Below, piece after piece: positions 15,361 through 28,694 of a stretch of DNA of 64,000 bases. Source of the DNA: Octopus vulgaris (taxonomy: Eukaryota); NCBI GenBank assembly GCA_951406725.2, contig OX597837.1, forward strand, positions 45,880,001 to 45,944,000. Direction: 5' to 3'. How positions within the stretch are numbered: the stretch's first letter is position 1; every line of letters starts with the position of its first letter. Position numbers and translations under genes: made by a program. The notes under the pieces are model-generated. The model ran no database searches. It saw nothing but the letters and a program-made list of their open reading frames with translations, and was not told the DNA's origin.

Positions 15361-15859
15361 GGTCGCAAGCTGGCAGTAATGCTAGCAGGCCAGGCAAAAT
15401 GCTTTGTGGTATTTCATCCCTCTTCATGTTCTGAGTTCAAATTCCGCGGAGGTCGACTTTGCCTTTCATCCTTTCAAGATCAATAAATTAAGTACCAGTG
15501 AAGCACTGGGGGGTCAAGGTAATCAACTAGCCCTCCCCACTGAATTTCAGGCATGTGCCTTTAGTAGAAAAGGTTATTATTATTATTATCATTATTATTA
15601 TACAACTACATATAAGGTAACAGTATCCTGTGAATGCTTCAGGGAAACTGAACTTAACTGATCTCCGCATAGAAGAAGACTGTAAAAGGTGTGTGAAGTA
15701 CATGCATAATGTTTGAAAAGCTAGTTCATGTGAAGAAAGAGAAAAGATCACCGCAACAACAATAATAATAATAATAATAACAATAACAATAATAACAATA
15801 ATAACAATAACAATAATAATAATAATGATGATGATAATAATAATAATAATAATAATAAC

Positions 15860-15944
<85 letters not shown>

Positions 15945-16887
15945 TAATAATAATAAAATAATAATAACAATAATAATAATAAAATAATAATAATAACAAT
16001 AACAATAACAATAATAATATTAATAATAATAATAATAAATATCAATACTATTCACTAATACAAAATAGTTTTAACACTTGAAACTCAATACAATGATACA
16101 ATATTTAATGGATGTCGACGTGGTTGCTACCGGCCACTGTTTACATGTGAATGCGATAACTTAACAAAGGATTGCTTTGGGGCTGAATTAATTTTTGTAA
16201 AATAATACAATTATGTACAGCTTTTAATGATGCAGTAATTATATACAAGTGAAATATACTGAAGTGAAAATATACAACAACAATGAAATTCGAGATTTCT
16301 TTCCGCTGACTTTTACATAAAAGATAATACGAGTGAACTCCTTGTGCTGATCCGTTGTTTTGAGATGAGGTTTTGAGTGAGATAGAAAATAGATTCAGGA
16401 TTTTTACAAAGAAAAAAATAAAGTAAATTTGTATGAGGAAGAATTTATATTCAAGTATATATGGTGTTTATTCTTATTTCATTTTATCTAATTTTTTTTT
16501 TTTTTTTATTTGCTTCAATCATTAGATTGAGGCCATGCTGGGGCACTGCTTCATATTGATCCCAATACCATTTTCATTTTTTGCTGATTTTTTTAAAGCC
16601 CATCAGTCTCTTTTGCTGAACCGCTAAGTTGCAGGGATGTAAACGCACCAACACTTGTTCCCAAGTTGTGGTGGGAGACAACCACCACCACCACTCCACA
16701 CACACACACATATATATCCGACAGTCTTCTTTCAGTTTCCATCTACCAAAGTTCATTCACAAGATTTTGATCAGCCTGAGGTTATAGTAAAAGACACTTA
16801 CCCAAGGTGCCACACAGTGTAACTGTACCCAAGACCATGTGGTTAGGAAGCAAACTCCTTACCACACAGCCACACCTGTGCCTATGT

Positions 16888-16920
<33 letters not shown>

Positions 16921-16977
16921 CACATAGAAATAATATATTTCTAAATGTCTCAGAGAGATTTATGCAGTTGTGGTACG

Positions 16978-17136
16978 ATAAAGTAGTTGTATATTGTCAA
17001 CTTAATGTGACAGTCCCATGAAGGGAATAATACTACTGCTATTTGGCCCTAGGAAGCATTGCTGCTTCCCATGGCTAAATAGCAGTAGTATTATTCCCTT
17101 CTTGGGACTGTCACATTAAGTTGACAATATACAACT

Positions 17137-17143
<7 letters not shown>
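16978..17143. repeat. Near-perfect 166-bp palindrome (fold-back / MITE-like)
   Basis: ataaagtagttgtatattgtcaacttaatgtgacagtccca... pairs with ...tgggactgtcacattaagttgacaatatacaactactttat, with a loop of only about 6 nt and a few mismatches near the centre. Confidence 0.85.
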
Positions 17144-17186
<43 letters not shown>

Positions 17187-18168
17187 CCATGATAGATCGC
17201 TAGCCAATACACTTACTTTATTTTCTCTCCGTGTTCCTTTCTGTGCAAGAGCATAGGCTCAAATTGTTAAAGACGTTTTCACTTCTTGAGCATTACACTA
17301 ATACATCTGTTTGTTGTCTACACCACCTGTCTTCGTCTTCTGTTTTTTTGTGAATTCTCCCCCCATATATATATATATATATATATATATATGACAGGCT
17401 TCCTTTCAGTTTCGGTCAACAAAATCCACTCACAAGGCTTTGGTCAGCCCAAAGCTATAGAAGACACATGCCTAAGGTGCCATGCAGTGGGACTGAACCT
17501 GGAACCATGTGGTTGGGAAGCAAGCTTCTTACCACAAAGCCATACCTGCACCCATACAGAGAATTTCTAACTACTGATATACAATAAGCAAAACTATAAG
17601 TGCTGGAATATCTGTGTGGTTAAGAAGCTTGCTTCCCAACCACATGGTTCCAGGTTCAGTCCCACTGCATGGCACCACCTTAGGCAAGTGTCTTCTACTA
17701 TATCCACAGGCCAACCAAAGTCTTGTAAGTGGATTTGGGAGATGGAAACTGAAAGAAGCCCCATTGTTTGTGTGTGTGTGTGTGTGTGCATCTTTGTGTC
17801 TGTGTTTGTCCCCCACCACTGTTCAACAACCAGTGTTGGTGTGTTTACATCCCTGTAACTTAGCAGATTGGCAAAAGAGCCCCCAACAGAATAAGTGCCA
17901 AGATTGGAAAAAAAAATAGTACTGGAGTTGATTTGTTCGACTAAAAATTCTTCAAGGCAGTGCCCCAGCATGACCACAAATAAAAGATATGTATACATGT
18001 GTGTGTGTGTGTGCGTGCATCATACACAATTTTGCTAGTTTCTGTTCTTTGGTAACGGCCATGCTGAAGCAGCAAGATAGTACTGAAAGTGAACTTACTT
18101 TTTTTTGTAAGAATTAACAGACATTTTTTTATTAAATATATCTACAAACACACGCAAACAAACAAACA

Positions 18169-18330
18169 TACTAATTATAGTTTCTTGTTTCTATTTCTTC
18201 CAGGTGAGTTAACGGGTATTTTTACACAGAAACTGATGCAATGATGATATCAACAACAATAATAATAATAATAATGATAATAACAATGATGATGATAATG
18301 GTAATGTGAAGTAAAACCAACCAGGTAAGA
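18169..18330 (+). promoter_or_regulatory. Putative recursive splice site (ratchet point) with a 121-nt RS-exon
   Basis: tactaat branch motif (18169-18175), tract tttcttgtttctatttcttc, CAG (AG at 18202-18203) immediately followed by GTGAGT. A second donor, CAG|GTAAGA, lies at 18324/18325. Confidence 0.55.
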
Positions 18331-18597
18331 GATTTATAAAAAGACCCCATATATTAGCGAATGTCCTCTTCAGACTCCAATGGATACAGGTATAGTCATG
18401 AGATAAAGGAGTCCCCTTCACAACCTCATGGTTCCATTTCTTTGTTGTAGTTTTTATTTCAGCCCTGAGATTCACAAGGCGGGGACATGACCCTTTTGTT
18501 ACCCTTTTGTTACCCTACTTGAAATACAATGTTTTTGGTTCAGGATTATGTACCGGAATGGCTTGGGGTTCAAGAGCCCACAGCTATTTAATACCTT

Positions 18598-18778
18598 TAA
18601 AACTGGTGTAATACTTACATTGTTTAATTAAATGAAGTAGCATGAAACGATTGTACTACACTACCTTGGATATCCTTGTTGCTTATTTTGATTATAATCA
18701 CCCCATTCGATTTATATGAATAATACCATACAAAATTCTGGTGCCTTTAACTTAAGTACAATATTCAACTGAATCTAA
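18598..18778. repeat. Dispersed repeat with an inverted copy at ~39632-39812
   Basis: Reverse-complement match over ~180 bp (ggatatccttgttgcttattttgattataatcacccc...). Confidence 0.8.
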
Positions 18779-18825
18779 ATTTTTGCTGAACTTATATATA
18801 TATATATATATATATATATGCATTC

Positions 18826-18872
<47 letters not shown>

Positions 18873-19107
18873 TTCATATATATACATATATATATATGCA
18901 TTCATATACATACATATATATATATGCATTCATATACATATATATATATATATATTCATATATATATATGCATTCATATACATATATATATATACATATA
19001 TATATATGCATTCATATACATATATATATATGCATTCATATACATATATATATATATATATATATACATATATATACATTCATATACATATACATATATA
19101 TACATTC

Positions 19108-19140
<33 letters not shown>

Positions 19141-19149
19141 TATACATTC

Positions 19150-19226
<77 letters not shown>

Positions 19227-19881
19227 CACACAAATATATACATATATATATATATACAAACATACATATGTTTATGTATAAAAATACATACACACACACA
19301 CACACACACCTAACACAGAAAGATGTGTGATGTGCGTGACACTTTCAATGAAGCAACCTTCAACATACAACACAAGAAACAAAGATCGAAATATGATATA
19401 CGATATAAAGCATAATAAACCACAGATGGTAGAATATAACGAGGAAACAGAATATAATTCTGCAAAGCATGTTGTACAAACTGGACATTTCAGTTATGTT
19501 GACCAGTGGTGAAAACTACCATTTAAGGCCATGACCTTCACATATAATTTGGATGCACACATACCTAATTACAATGTAACTTTATATAGCTTGACCATGT
19601 GTATGGACAGTGGTCACTATCAACAGCAGGCATGGCAGTGTGTTTAATTAAATAAGTTTGGCTTGCGGCCACATGGTTCTGGGAGGGGTTGGGGTTTGAT
19701 CCTGCTTTTCAGCATTTGGGACAAGCCACAAGTAGACCAATACTTTGTAAGTAGAATTTGACGGTTAAAAACTGCAAATGGTGATGGTATGAATAGACGT
19801 GTGTGTGTGTGTGTGACTGTACGTATATTCTTTTACTTGTTTCAGTCACTTGCCTGTGGCCATGCTGGAGCACCACCTTAA

Positions 19882-20101
19882 CCCTTTAGTGTTCAGATTA
19901 TTCTGTCAAATGTGAGGCTTATTTATTCACATTGATATGAATTAATCCTGCATTATCTTGTAGTTTAGAGATTTCAGTGATGTGATTTTTTAGTTTTAGA
20001 ACGACATGGTAGGGCTGAGGTGAAAGGTGAGATCTGGTCAGTTTCAATATAAAACAGGTTAAATATTTTGGCCGGATATGGCCGGTTTGAATGCTAAAGG
20101 G
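19882..20101. mobile_element. piggyBac-type MITE (TTAA target duplication) inserted in a SINE
   Basis: TTAA|ccctttagtgttca ... tgaatgctaaaggg|TTAA. Related decayed copies at ~25463-25500 joined to 26170-26365, and at ~61050-61297. Confidence 0.8.
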
Positions 20102-21977
20102 TTAAAGGGTATTTTAGGTGAAGAAATTGACCCCAAGACTTATTCTTTGTAAGCCTAGTACTTATTTTATTGATCTCTTTTGCCAAACTGCTAAGTTACA
20201 GGGAAGTAAACACACCAACATCGACTGTCAAGCAATAGTGGCTGGACAAACACAGACAAAAAGACAAAACATTTGCCCAAAGTGCCACGTAGTGGGACTG
20301 AACCTGGAACCATGTGGTTGGGAAACAAACTTATTACCACACAACCATGCCTGCACCTATATATATATATATATATAAACAGTTCCGTGCTGGTGCCACT
20401 TGCCATGCTGGTGCCACGTCTCACACTGGCACCACATAACTATGTGGAAGTCTGGTGAGTGTATATATACATACACGCACACACACACACACACATATAT
20501 ATAGATATATATATATGTGTATATATGTATATATATATAGGCGCAGGAATGGTTGTGTGGTAAGTAGCTTGCTTCTCAACCACGTGGTTCTAGGCTCAGT
20601 CCCACTGCGTGGTACCTTGGAAAAGTGTCTTCTACTATAGCCTCAGGTTAACCAAAGCAAGAGGAGAGAGAGGGAGAGCAAGAGAAGAGAGAGGGAGAGC
20701 AAGAAAAGAGAGGGAAAGCAAGAGAAGAGAGTCCTACACATACTAGTACCTATGTTCACACCACATAAAAGGCACCAGTGCCATGCTGAAAGCACCCAGC
20801 AAACACTGTAAAGTGGGTTGGCATTAGAAAGGGCATCCAGCTGTAGAAATCAAGACAAAACAGACTGGAGAAGGAGGAGTTTAAGGCTTCAGTACCTCGA
20901 ACCTAACAGACCCGGGTCTCATTCAGAATTTTATGACCCACAAAGAGTGACTAATGAAACAACATAAACGACATCCGACTTTAATCTCCACAGTTTAACG
21001 TCTTAGAAAGAAAGAACCTTTTGAAAGCTTCTATATGGTCGCTAATCTGGCAGAAATAGCAGCCAAGCTTTTTACATTTTTTTTATCAATTCAAATGTTT
21101 CAGCATCTTAAAAAATAGATTTCTATACATCTTTTTTCTAACTTCTTAACTTCAAAAACGTAGTTCTTTTGCCTTTTTTTTTTTCATTTTCTTTTTAAAC
21201 TTTCCACACGATGTGCTCCAGGAATGATGTTATTTGATCTTAAGTGTGCTAAAAATTTGGAATGGATAAGAACCACAAATGTAAAACATTAAAAAAAAAA
21301 ACACCAAAAAAACCGTATGTAATATAGCATTATTATTGTTGTTGTTTTTATTGTTATTGTTGTCGTAGCCCTGACCCACCCACTTCAGAACTGATGGATC
21401 AGGCTTTTGATCAAAATTATTTATTCCATTTTTATTCAGGTTTGTGTATCTAGAATTACATTATACAACGTTACTTCTCAGTTTTTTTTACTTAAGATGT
21501 AATCTGAGGGAGATCTGGCAACTGTTTCTAGTAAGCTCAGCTGCTATTTTATTGCAAACACTTCATTAGTAAAGGAAGCATTCTGGGAAAAAGATTAAAA
21601 TAATAAAGCTTACTTTGCAACCAGGTGATCTCAGGTTCAGTCCTACTGCGCAGCACTTTGGACAAATGTATTTTATCACTGCTTCGGCCAACTAATGTCC
21701 TGTGAGTGAATTAGGCAGAAGGAAACTATGTGGAAGCCTGGTGAGTGCGTATATACATACACACACACACACATATATATAGATATATATATATGTGTAT
21801 ATATGTATATATATATAGGCGCAGGAGTAGCTGTGTGATAAGTAGCTTGCTTCTCAACTACATGGTTCTAGGCTCAGTCCCACAGTGTGGTACCTTGGGC
21901 AAGTGTCTTCTACTATAGCCTCAGGCTAACCAAAGCTTTGTAAGTGGATTTGGTAGACAGAAACTGAAAGAATCTTG

Positions 21978-22017
<40 letters not shown>

Positions 22018-22018
22018 A

Positions 22019-22130
22019 CAGGCATACCTCGGCTTAAGTTGTTTCAACCTAAGTCATTCTCGATTATACTTTGGTTTTCAAAAATAATATATGGAAAAGT
22101 AAAAATCAAGTTAAGTCATTTTACTTGACT
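22019..22130 (+). mobile_element. Tigger/pogo-like terminal fragment
   Basis: TA|caggcatacctcg terminus next to (TA)n; no matching second end was seen. Confidence 0.4.
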
Positions 22131-22579
22131 TTACGTCTGTCCACCACAAATATTGGAATCATAAAATCACTAGAGAACCGTTAAAAGCACAGAAAATCAT
22201 ATTACTGTACAATAAATAAGAATAAAAGCATATAAAATCATATGTACAGTAAATGTTAAGATACACACCACAAAGAAGATGGCAGTGGGACAAACAGACA
22301 CACATAGACATATACATATATGGCAGGCTTCCTTTGGTTTCTATCTACCAAATCCACTCACAAGGCTTTGGTCAGCCAGAGGCTATAGTAGGGAACAGTT
22401 GCCCCCATGAACAAAAAGTCCTGCTCAGCATTTCAATGTGCAAAGCTGATGGGGGAAAAAAACTTACTTTTGAAATGAGAGAGGAGAGAGGGAGAGCAAG
22501 AGAAGAGGGAGGGAGAGCAAGAGAAGAGGGAGGGAGAGCAAGAGAAGAGAGAGAGGGAGAGCAAGAGAAGAGAGACCTA

Positions 22580-23295
22580 GGTAAACAGACCAACATAGAC
22601 CAAAGTAGACAAATGCACTCAAAAACAGGCCAAAATAAATATAGACTAAGACCAAACTAGACAATGATAAACTAACACAAACTATGGTAGATAGTCTATA
22701 TTTGTCTACATTGGTCTATCTTGGTCTATATTAGTCTAATATAGACCAAGATAAATAGAGTAACATAGACCAAAGTACTCAATGACAGACCAAAATAAAC
22801 AAATATAGACTAAGACCAAATTAGACAATGTTAGACTAACAGACTAACGTAGACAGTCAATACTTGTCTATTTTGGTTCCTTTTAATGTATATTAGTCTA
22901 ACTTAGACTTAGATAAACATACTAATAGGATCTATAAACAAAATGGATAAATATAGACTAATATAGACCAAAGTAGACAAATGCACTCAAAGACAGGCCA
23001 AAATAAATATAGACTAAGACCAAATTAGACAAAGACAGACTGACACAGACTGAAGTAGACACACTATACTTGTCTACTTTGGTCTATATTAGTGTAACAT
23101 AGACCTAAACCCAAAATAGATAAATAATGACAAACATAGACCAAAGTACAAAAACACATTCAAAAGAGAGACCAAAATGAAGACAGGATAAAATAGACCA
23201 CAGCAGACAATTTGAGACCAAGTCCAAAGTAAATGAATACAGACTGTGATAGACCAAAGTGGACAAATCAAGAGTGAGATAGACAAAAGTAGACA
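22580..23295. repeat. Diverged ~170-195 bp tandem repeat rich in TAGAC/GTCTA
   Basis: atagaccaaagta... recurs at ~22595, 22765, 22962 and 23137; most units have TAGAC-rich followed by GTCTA-rich halves. Confidence 0.8.
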
Positions 23296-23893
23296 CGTTA
23301 ATAACATCAAAGTAATAACAATATAAAAGCTCGGCAAATCCTTCGTTTCAAGTAACCACTGCTGCCGTGCTGTCTAGATTCTTGGCAGATATTCCATTGC
23401 AATGTTTCTATTTTGGTTCTTACCATTTTCTATTTTTTTGTTTTTCTGTCTGTTTTGTTTCGCTTTTGTTTTGTTTTTCTTTCCTCATTCCCCGCATCTG
23501 CACCGACGCTTCGGTTCCTCGTACAAAGGTAGATTTAGTCAGAGTAATGAGGGTGAATGCATAAATCAAACGCCAGGGGTCCAAACCATTTCTGATGGGA
23601 TGTTTACCATCATGAGAACTTCGTACACACACATGCATGTGCATGCGTGCCATTCCTACATTAATATGCTCACCCTTGCAAGCATACATGCACACATGTA
23701 AACACTCAGCCATACACATGCACATATATGTGCATGCATAGGAATGTACATATGTACACACATATATATATAAATGCAAGCACAAACACACAACCATGTG
23801 CATATGCATACACACACAATCATGCACACATACATGTATATGCATGCACACATACACAGCCATATATATATGCATTTACAAATATATATATGC

Positions 23894-23940
<47 letters not shown>

Positions 23941-24141
23941 CATATAAATATATGCATTTACAAATGTATACACAGTGTTGCATACACACACACACGTGTG
24001 TATTTACATATATACATTCAGACACATGCATACAGATACACACACACAAGCAAGCACACAGATGCGGTTATGCACACACACACATACACACACACACAAG
24101 TAAAAACACAGACACAGCTATGCATGCACACACAGAGCCAT

Positions 24142-24180
<39 letters not shown>

Positions 24181-24766
24181 CACATATACAGCTGTACACA
24201 CACAAGCACACACACTGATGCAGTTATGCACACACATACATATATACACACACACAGAGCCATACACATACATACTTACATACATATATATATATAAGCA
24301 CATATAGAGCTGTACATGCACATACATACGTACACACATACATGCACACACACACACACACAGAGCCATGTACATATATATACAAGTATGCGCAAATACA
24401 CCTGTACATGCACATACATACACACACACACACATGCACACACACAGAGCCATGCACAGATACACCTGTACAAGCAGACACACAAATATACCTGTACACG
24501 CACGCACACACAAACATCAATATTTGTGTCAAGATGAATTAGCAAAAACGATGTTTGTTTGAATGTAAATGGAAGAGTTTTTCTGTCCCTTAATGCAATA
24601 CGCGAGCATGTGCCAATTGACTGGCTGACATTTCACTACCAGCCCCCCCCCCCCCCAACCCTCCACACTCCTCCGACACCCCTACAGCCCTCACCTCCCA
24701 CCACACCACACAAACCCCCATGCTTTTTACTTTTAAAACAGAAGAAAAATCAAACTTATATATAGA

Positions 24767-24814
<48 letters not shown>

Positions 24815-24886
24815 GATATATGTATATATAAATATATATACATATTTATATATATAGATATATTTATATGTATATACATATATACA

Positions 24887-24933
<47 letters not shown>

Positions 24934-24946
24934 GATATATGTATAT

Positions 24947-24977
<31 letters not shown>

Positions 24978-25107
24978 GATATATGTATATATGCATCACT
25001 AAACGACGACGATGATGATGATGATATACATATATATAGAGATATATGCATATAGAGATATATGCATATATATATATATATATATAGATATATGCATATA
25101 TATAGAC

Positions 25108-25145
<38 letters not shown>

Positions 25146-25727
25146 TAAAAAGAGCACAATTGCTCCACGGTTGTCTGGAATCTTGACTCTTCAAGGTTAT
25201 GCAGTTCAATACTTTAGTTTCTCAGTCATTTCAAAGAAGGTAAAAAAAAAAGTGTTCTTTTATGACCTGCTAACCCAAGGAAGAAAACAGAGAGAAGAGA
25301 TTATAAAGCTCGGATAAAGGAGCTCCTAGAATATGGGGTGGGCCTTGAGTAGGTGTGTCATTAGTGGGTGTGGCTACTGTAGGTGCGGCTATAGTAGGTG
25401 TAATTGATGCTTAAATGGAAATGGATAGAATTCTTGAAGTGGGGGTGTGTAGTAGGATTGGTGTTTAATCGTCTGGCATTCAGATTCTTCAGTCGAATCT
25501 TTCATCTTTTACTTGCTTCAGTCATTTGGACTGTGGCCATGCAGGGGCACCATCTTGAAGGGTGTTAGTCAAACAGATCAACCCTAAGACTTATTCTTTA
25601 AAGCCTGGTACTTATTCTCTCAGTCTCTTTTGCTGAACCACTAAGTTACAGGGATGTAAATACACCTGTTTGTTGTCAAGTGCAAGTCACATACACACAC
25701 ACATTATATATATGTGTGTGTGTGTGT

Positions 25728-25975
25728 GGAGGTGCGTGGCTTAGTGGTTAGGGTGTCAGCACCATGCTCGTAAGATTCTGGTTTCGATTCCTGGACCGGG
25801 CGACGCATTGTGTTCTTGAGTGAAACACTTCATTTCACGTTGCTCCAGTCCACTCAGCTGGCAAAAATGAGTAACGCTGCGATAGACTGGCGTCCCGTCT
25901 AGCTGGGGAACACATACGCCATTGAAACCGGGAAACTGGGCCCATGAGCATGGCTAGGCTTTAAAAGGGTGCATT
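25728..25975 (+). mobile_element. tRNA-derived SINE with V-SINE-like central domain, nested in a family A SINE
   Basis: A-box tggcttagtgg, B-box gtttcgattcc, and ctgcgatagactggcgtcccgtc resembling the V-SINE domain. Confidence 0.65.
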
Positions 25976-26459
25976 TATTTTATTATATATATACACATAC
26001 ACACACAATGGGCTTCTTTCAGTTTCTGTCTACCAAATCTACTAACAAGGCTTTGGTCAGCCCAGGGATATAGCAGAAGACACTTGTCCAAGGTGCCACA
26101 CAGTGGGACTGAACCCAGAACCATATGGTTGAGAAGCAAGCTTCTTACCACAGTCACGCCTGCGCCTATAAATGCATAGCTTTTCTATTCACATTGTATT
26201 TAATTAACCACGCATTATCTCGTATCCTCAATATTCCAATGATGCAATTGTTTATTTTCAGAATAGCATTGTAGGTCAGGTGTGAGAGGTTGAACCTGCT
26301 TGGTTTTAATATAAGACGGGGAGAATAGTTGGACCAGATACGACCAGTTCCAATGTTGAAGAATTAAGTAAGTGTGACAATAGTGTGATCAATGGCGGCA
26401 AAGCGGAATTGCTTAGTATACTTGGAACTTAAAGGGGGTGTGGCAACTGAAGCTGATAG

Positions 26460-26870
26460 GTGAGTAGATACGGCCCATGAGAGATTGACATTTAAGTAGG
26501 TGTGGTTTTATGTGTGATTGATGTTGAAACAGGTATGGCTAGTATGCTGAAGTAGGCGTAGATAATATGATTGATGTGTAAGTTATTGAAGATAGTATGG
26601 TTCATGCATAAATGAATGTGATTAGTATAGTTGATGCTTATGTAGGTGTGGCTAGTATGCTAAAGTGGGTGTGGCTAATGCTGTTCATGCATAAGCAAAT
26701 GTGGTCGGTATGGGTAATGCTTAAGTGAACATAAATGAAGTTAATGTCCCATTGGGTGTGATTAACACTGTTAATGCATAAATGAGTGTGACTTCTAACA
26801 CTGTTGCATAAGTGGGTGTGGCCAATGCTTAAGTAGGTGTGGCTAATGCTTAAGTGGGTGTGGCTAGAGT
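26460..26870. repeat. Diverged ~20-bp minisatellite (aagtgggtgtggctaatgctt)
   Basis: Recurring gtgggtgtggcta motif; a related tract lies at 25330-25460. Confidence 0.65.
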
Positions 26871-27237
26871 CGCTGACGCCTAAATGGTTACAACATAATG
26901 AGTTGCATGGCACCATGGGCAAGTGTCTACTGCTATAGCCTCGGTCCCACAAAATTCTTGTGAGTGGATTTGGTAGACGGAAACTGGAAGAAGCCCGTCG
27001 TATATATGTATATATATGTGTATGTGTATATGTTTGTGTGTCTGTGTTTGTCCCCCCCAACATCGCTTGACAACTGATGGTGGTGTGTTTATGTCCCCAC
27101 GTAAGACCAATAGAATAAGTACTAGGCTTCCAAAGAATAAGTCCTGGGGTTGATTTGCTTGACTAAAGGCGGTGCTCCAGCATGGCCGCAGTCAAATGAC
27201 TGAAACAAGTAAAAGAGTAAAGGAGTAAAGAGTATAT

Positions 27238-27480
27238 ATCATCATCATCATCATCATCATCGTTTAACATCCGCTTTCCATGCTAGCATGGGTTGGACGG
27301 TTCAACTGGGGTCTGGGAAGCCAGAAGGCTGCACCAGGCCAGTCAGATCTGGCAGTGTTTCTACAGCTGGATGCCCTTCCTAACGCCAACCACTCCGAGA
27401 GTGTAGTGGGTGATTTTATGTGCCACCGACACAGGTGCCAGACGAGGCTGGCAGACGGCCACGCTCGGATGGTGTTTTTT
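27238..27480 (-). mobile_element. Retroposon family C with (GAT)n tail
   Basis: Contains ggatgcccttcctaacgccaacc and an abutting (CAT)n. Copies at ~7652-7890(-), 9560-9750(-), 27908-28072(+), 31148-31330(-), 33820-34040(+) and 63655-63722(+). Confidence 0.75.
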
Positions 27481-27523
27481 AAATATACAGAGTATATATA
27501 TATATATATAAAGAGTATATATA

Positions 27524-27900
27524 CACTACCGTCAGAAATTAATTAGCACCCTTGATTTGCTCTTCACTCAAGGTATGTGCTGTCACCTAGTGGCCATATC
27601 TCGAACTATTGCTTTGTTGCGAGTTCACTGTTGCGCAGAACGATGACGTAACTTTGTTTGCAGAGCAGTTTGAGAGTCTACAGCCTTATGATGTTGACAT
27701 AGCAGTGCAACAACTTGGAGTGCGGATGCAGACAAATCTTCCTTTGTTTAATAGATATAGGTAGCGCCTCGCAAGGACCGAAATCACACCATACTAAGTT
27801 TTCTCATCGCGTAAGACGTTTTGAACAGCTCATAGGTTAATTGATTTAACCTATTTAATGTAGAAATTTGAGAAGTGCTAATTAATTTCTGACGCAAGTG
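27524..27900. mobile_element. Tc1/mariner-type MITE with TA target duplication
   Basis: TA|cactaccgtcagaaattaattagcac ... gtgctaattaatttctgacgcaagtg|TA. Confidence 0.85.
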
Positions 27901-28458
27901 TATATTTAGGTTGGCATTAGGAAGGGGTTGGCATTAGGAAGGGCATCCAGCTGTAGAAACACTGCCAGATCAGACTGGGCCTGGTGCATCCTTCTGGCTT
28001 CCCAGACCTCAGTTGAACCGTCCAACCCATGCCAGCATGGAAAGCGGACGTTAAACGATGATGATGATGATGATATATATATATATATACATAGTTGTAT
28101 GCATGCATGCATGTATAAATACATACATACATGCACAGAGAGACACAGACAGACAGACAGACAGAGAAAGAGCAGACAGAATAAGAAAAATATAGAAAAA
28201 CAAAAAGAAAGAAATAGAAAAAAAGATGAAATAAAGAAAAATAAAAGAAAATTCTGATTGCTTCTAATCTTTGTATGTATAACAAACAATTAGTGTAAAG
28301 TATATATATAAACATATACATATATATGTACGTGTTGAATGTATACATACTTGTATATGCAAAAGGATATGTATTCTAAAAATGTGTGCAGTAGGTGTCA
28401 GAGAATATGAAACTTCAGTGTATGCAGGTGTAGGTATACAGGTATATATATGTCTATG

Positions 28459-28509
<51 letters not shown>

Positions 28510-28645
28510 ATACACACACATACATACATATGCAAAAAGATGTGTGTCTATATGTATGTCTCTCAACAAATTTGCAAGTACGTATGCACCCAAACCCACC
28601 ACACACAGACTGACTGACAGACAGACAGACAGACAGACAGAAATG

Positions 28646-28694
<49 letters not shown>

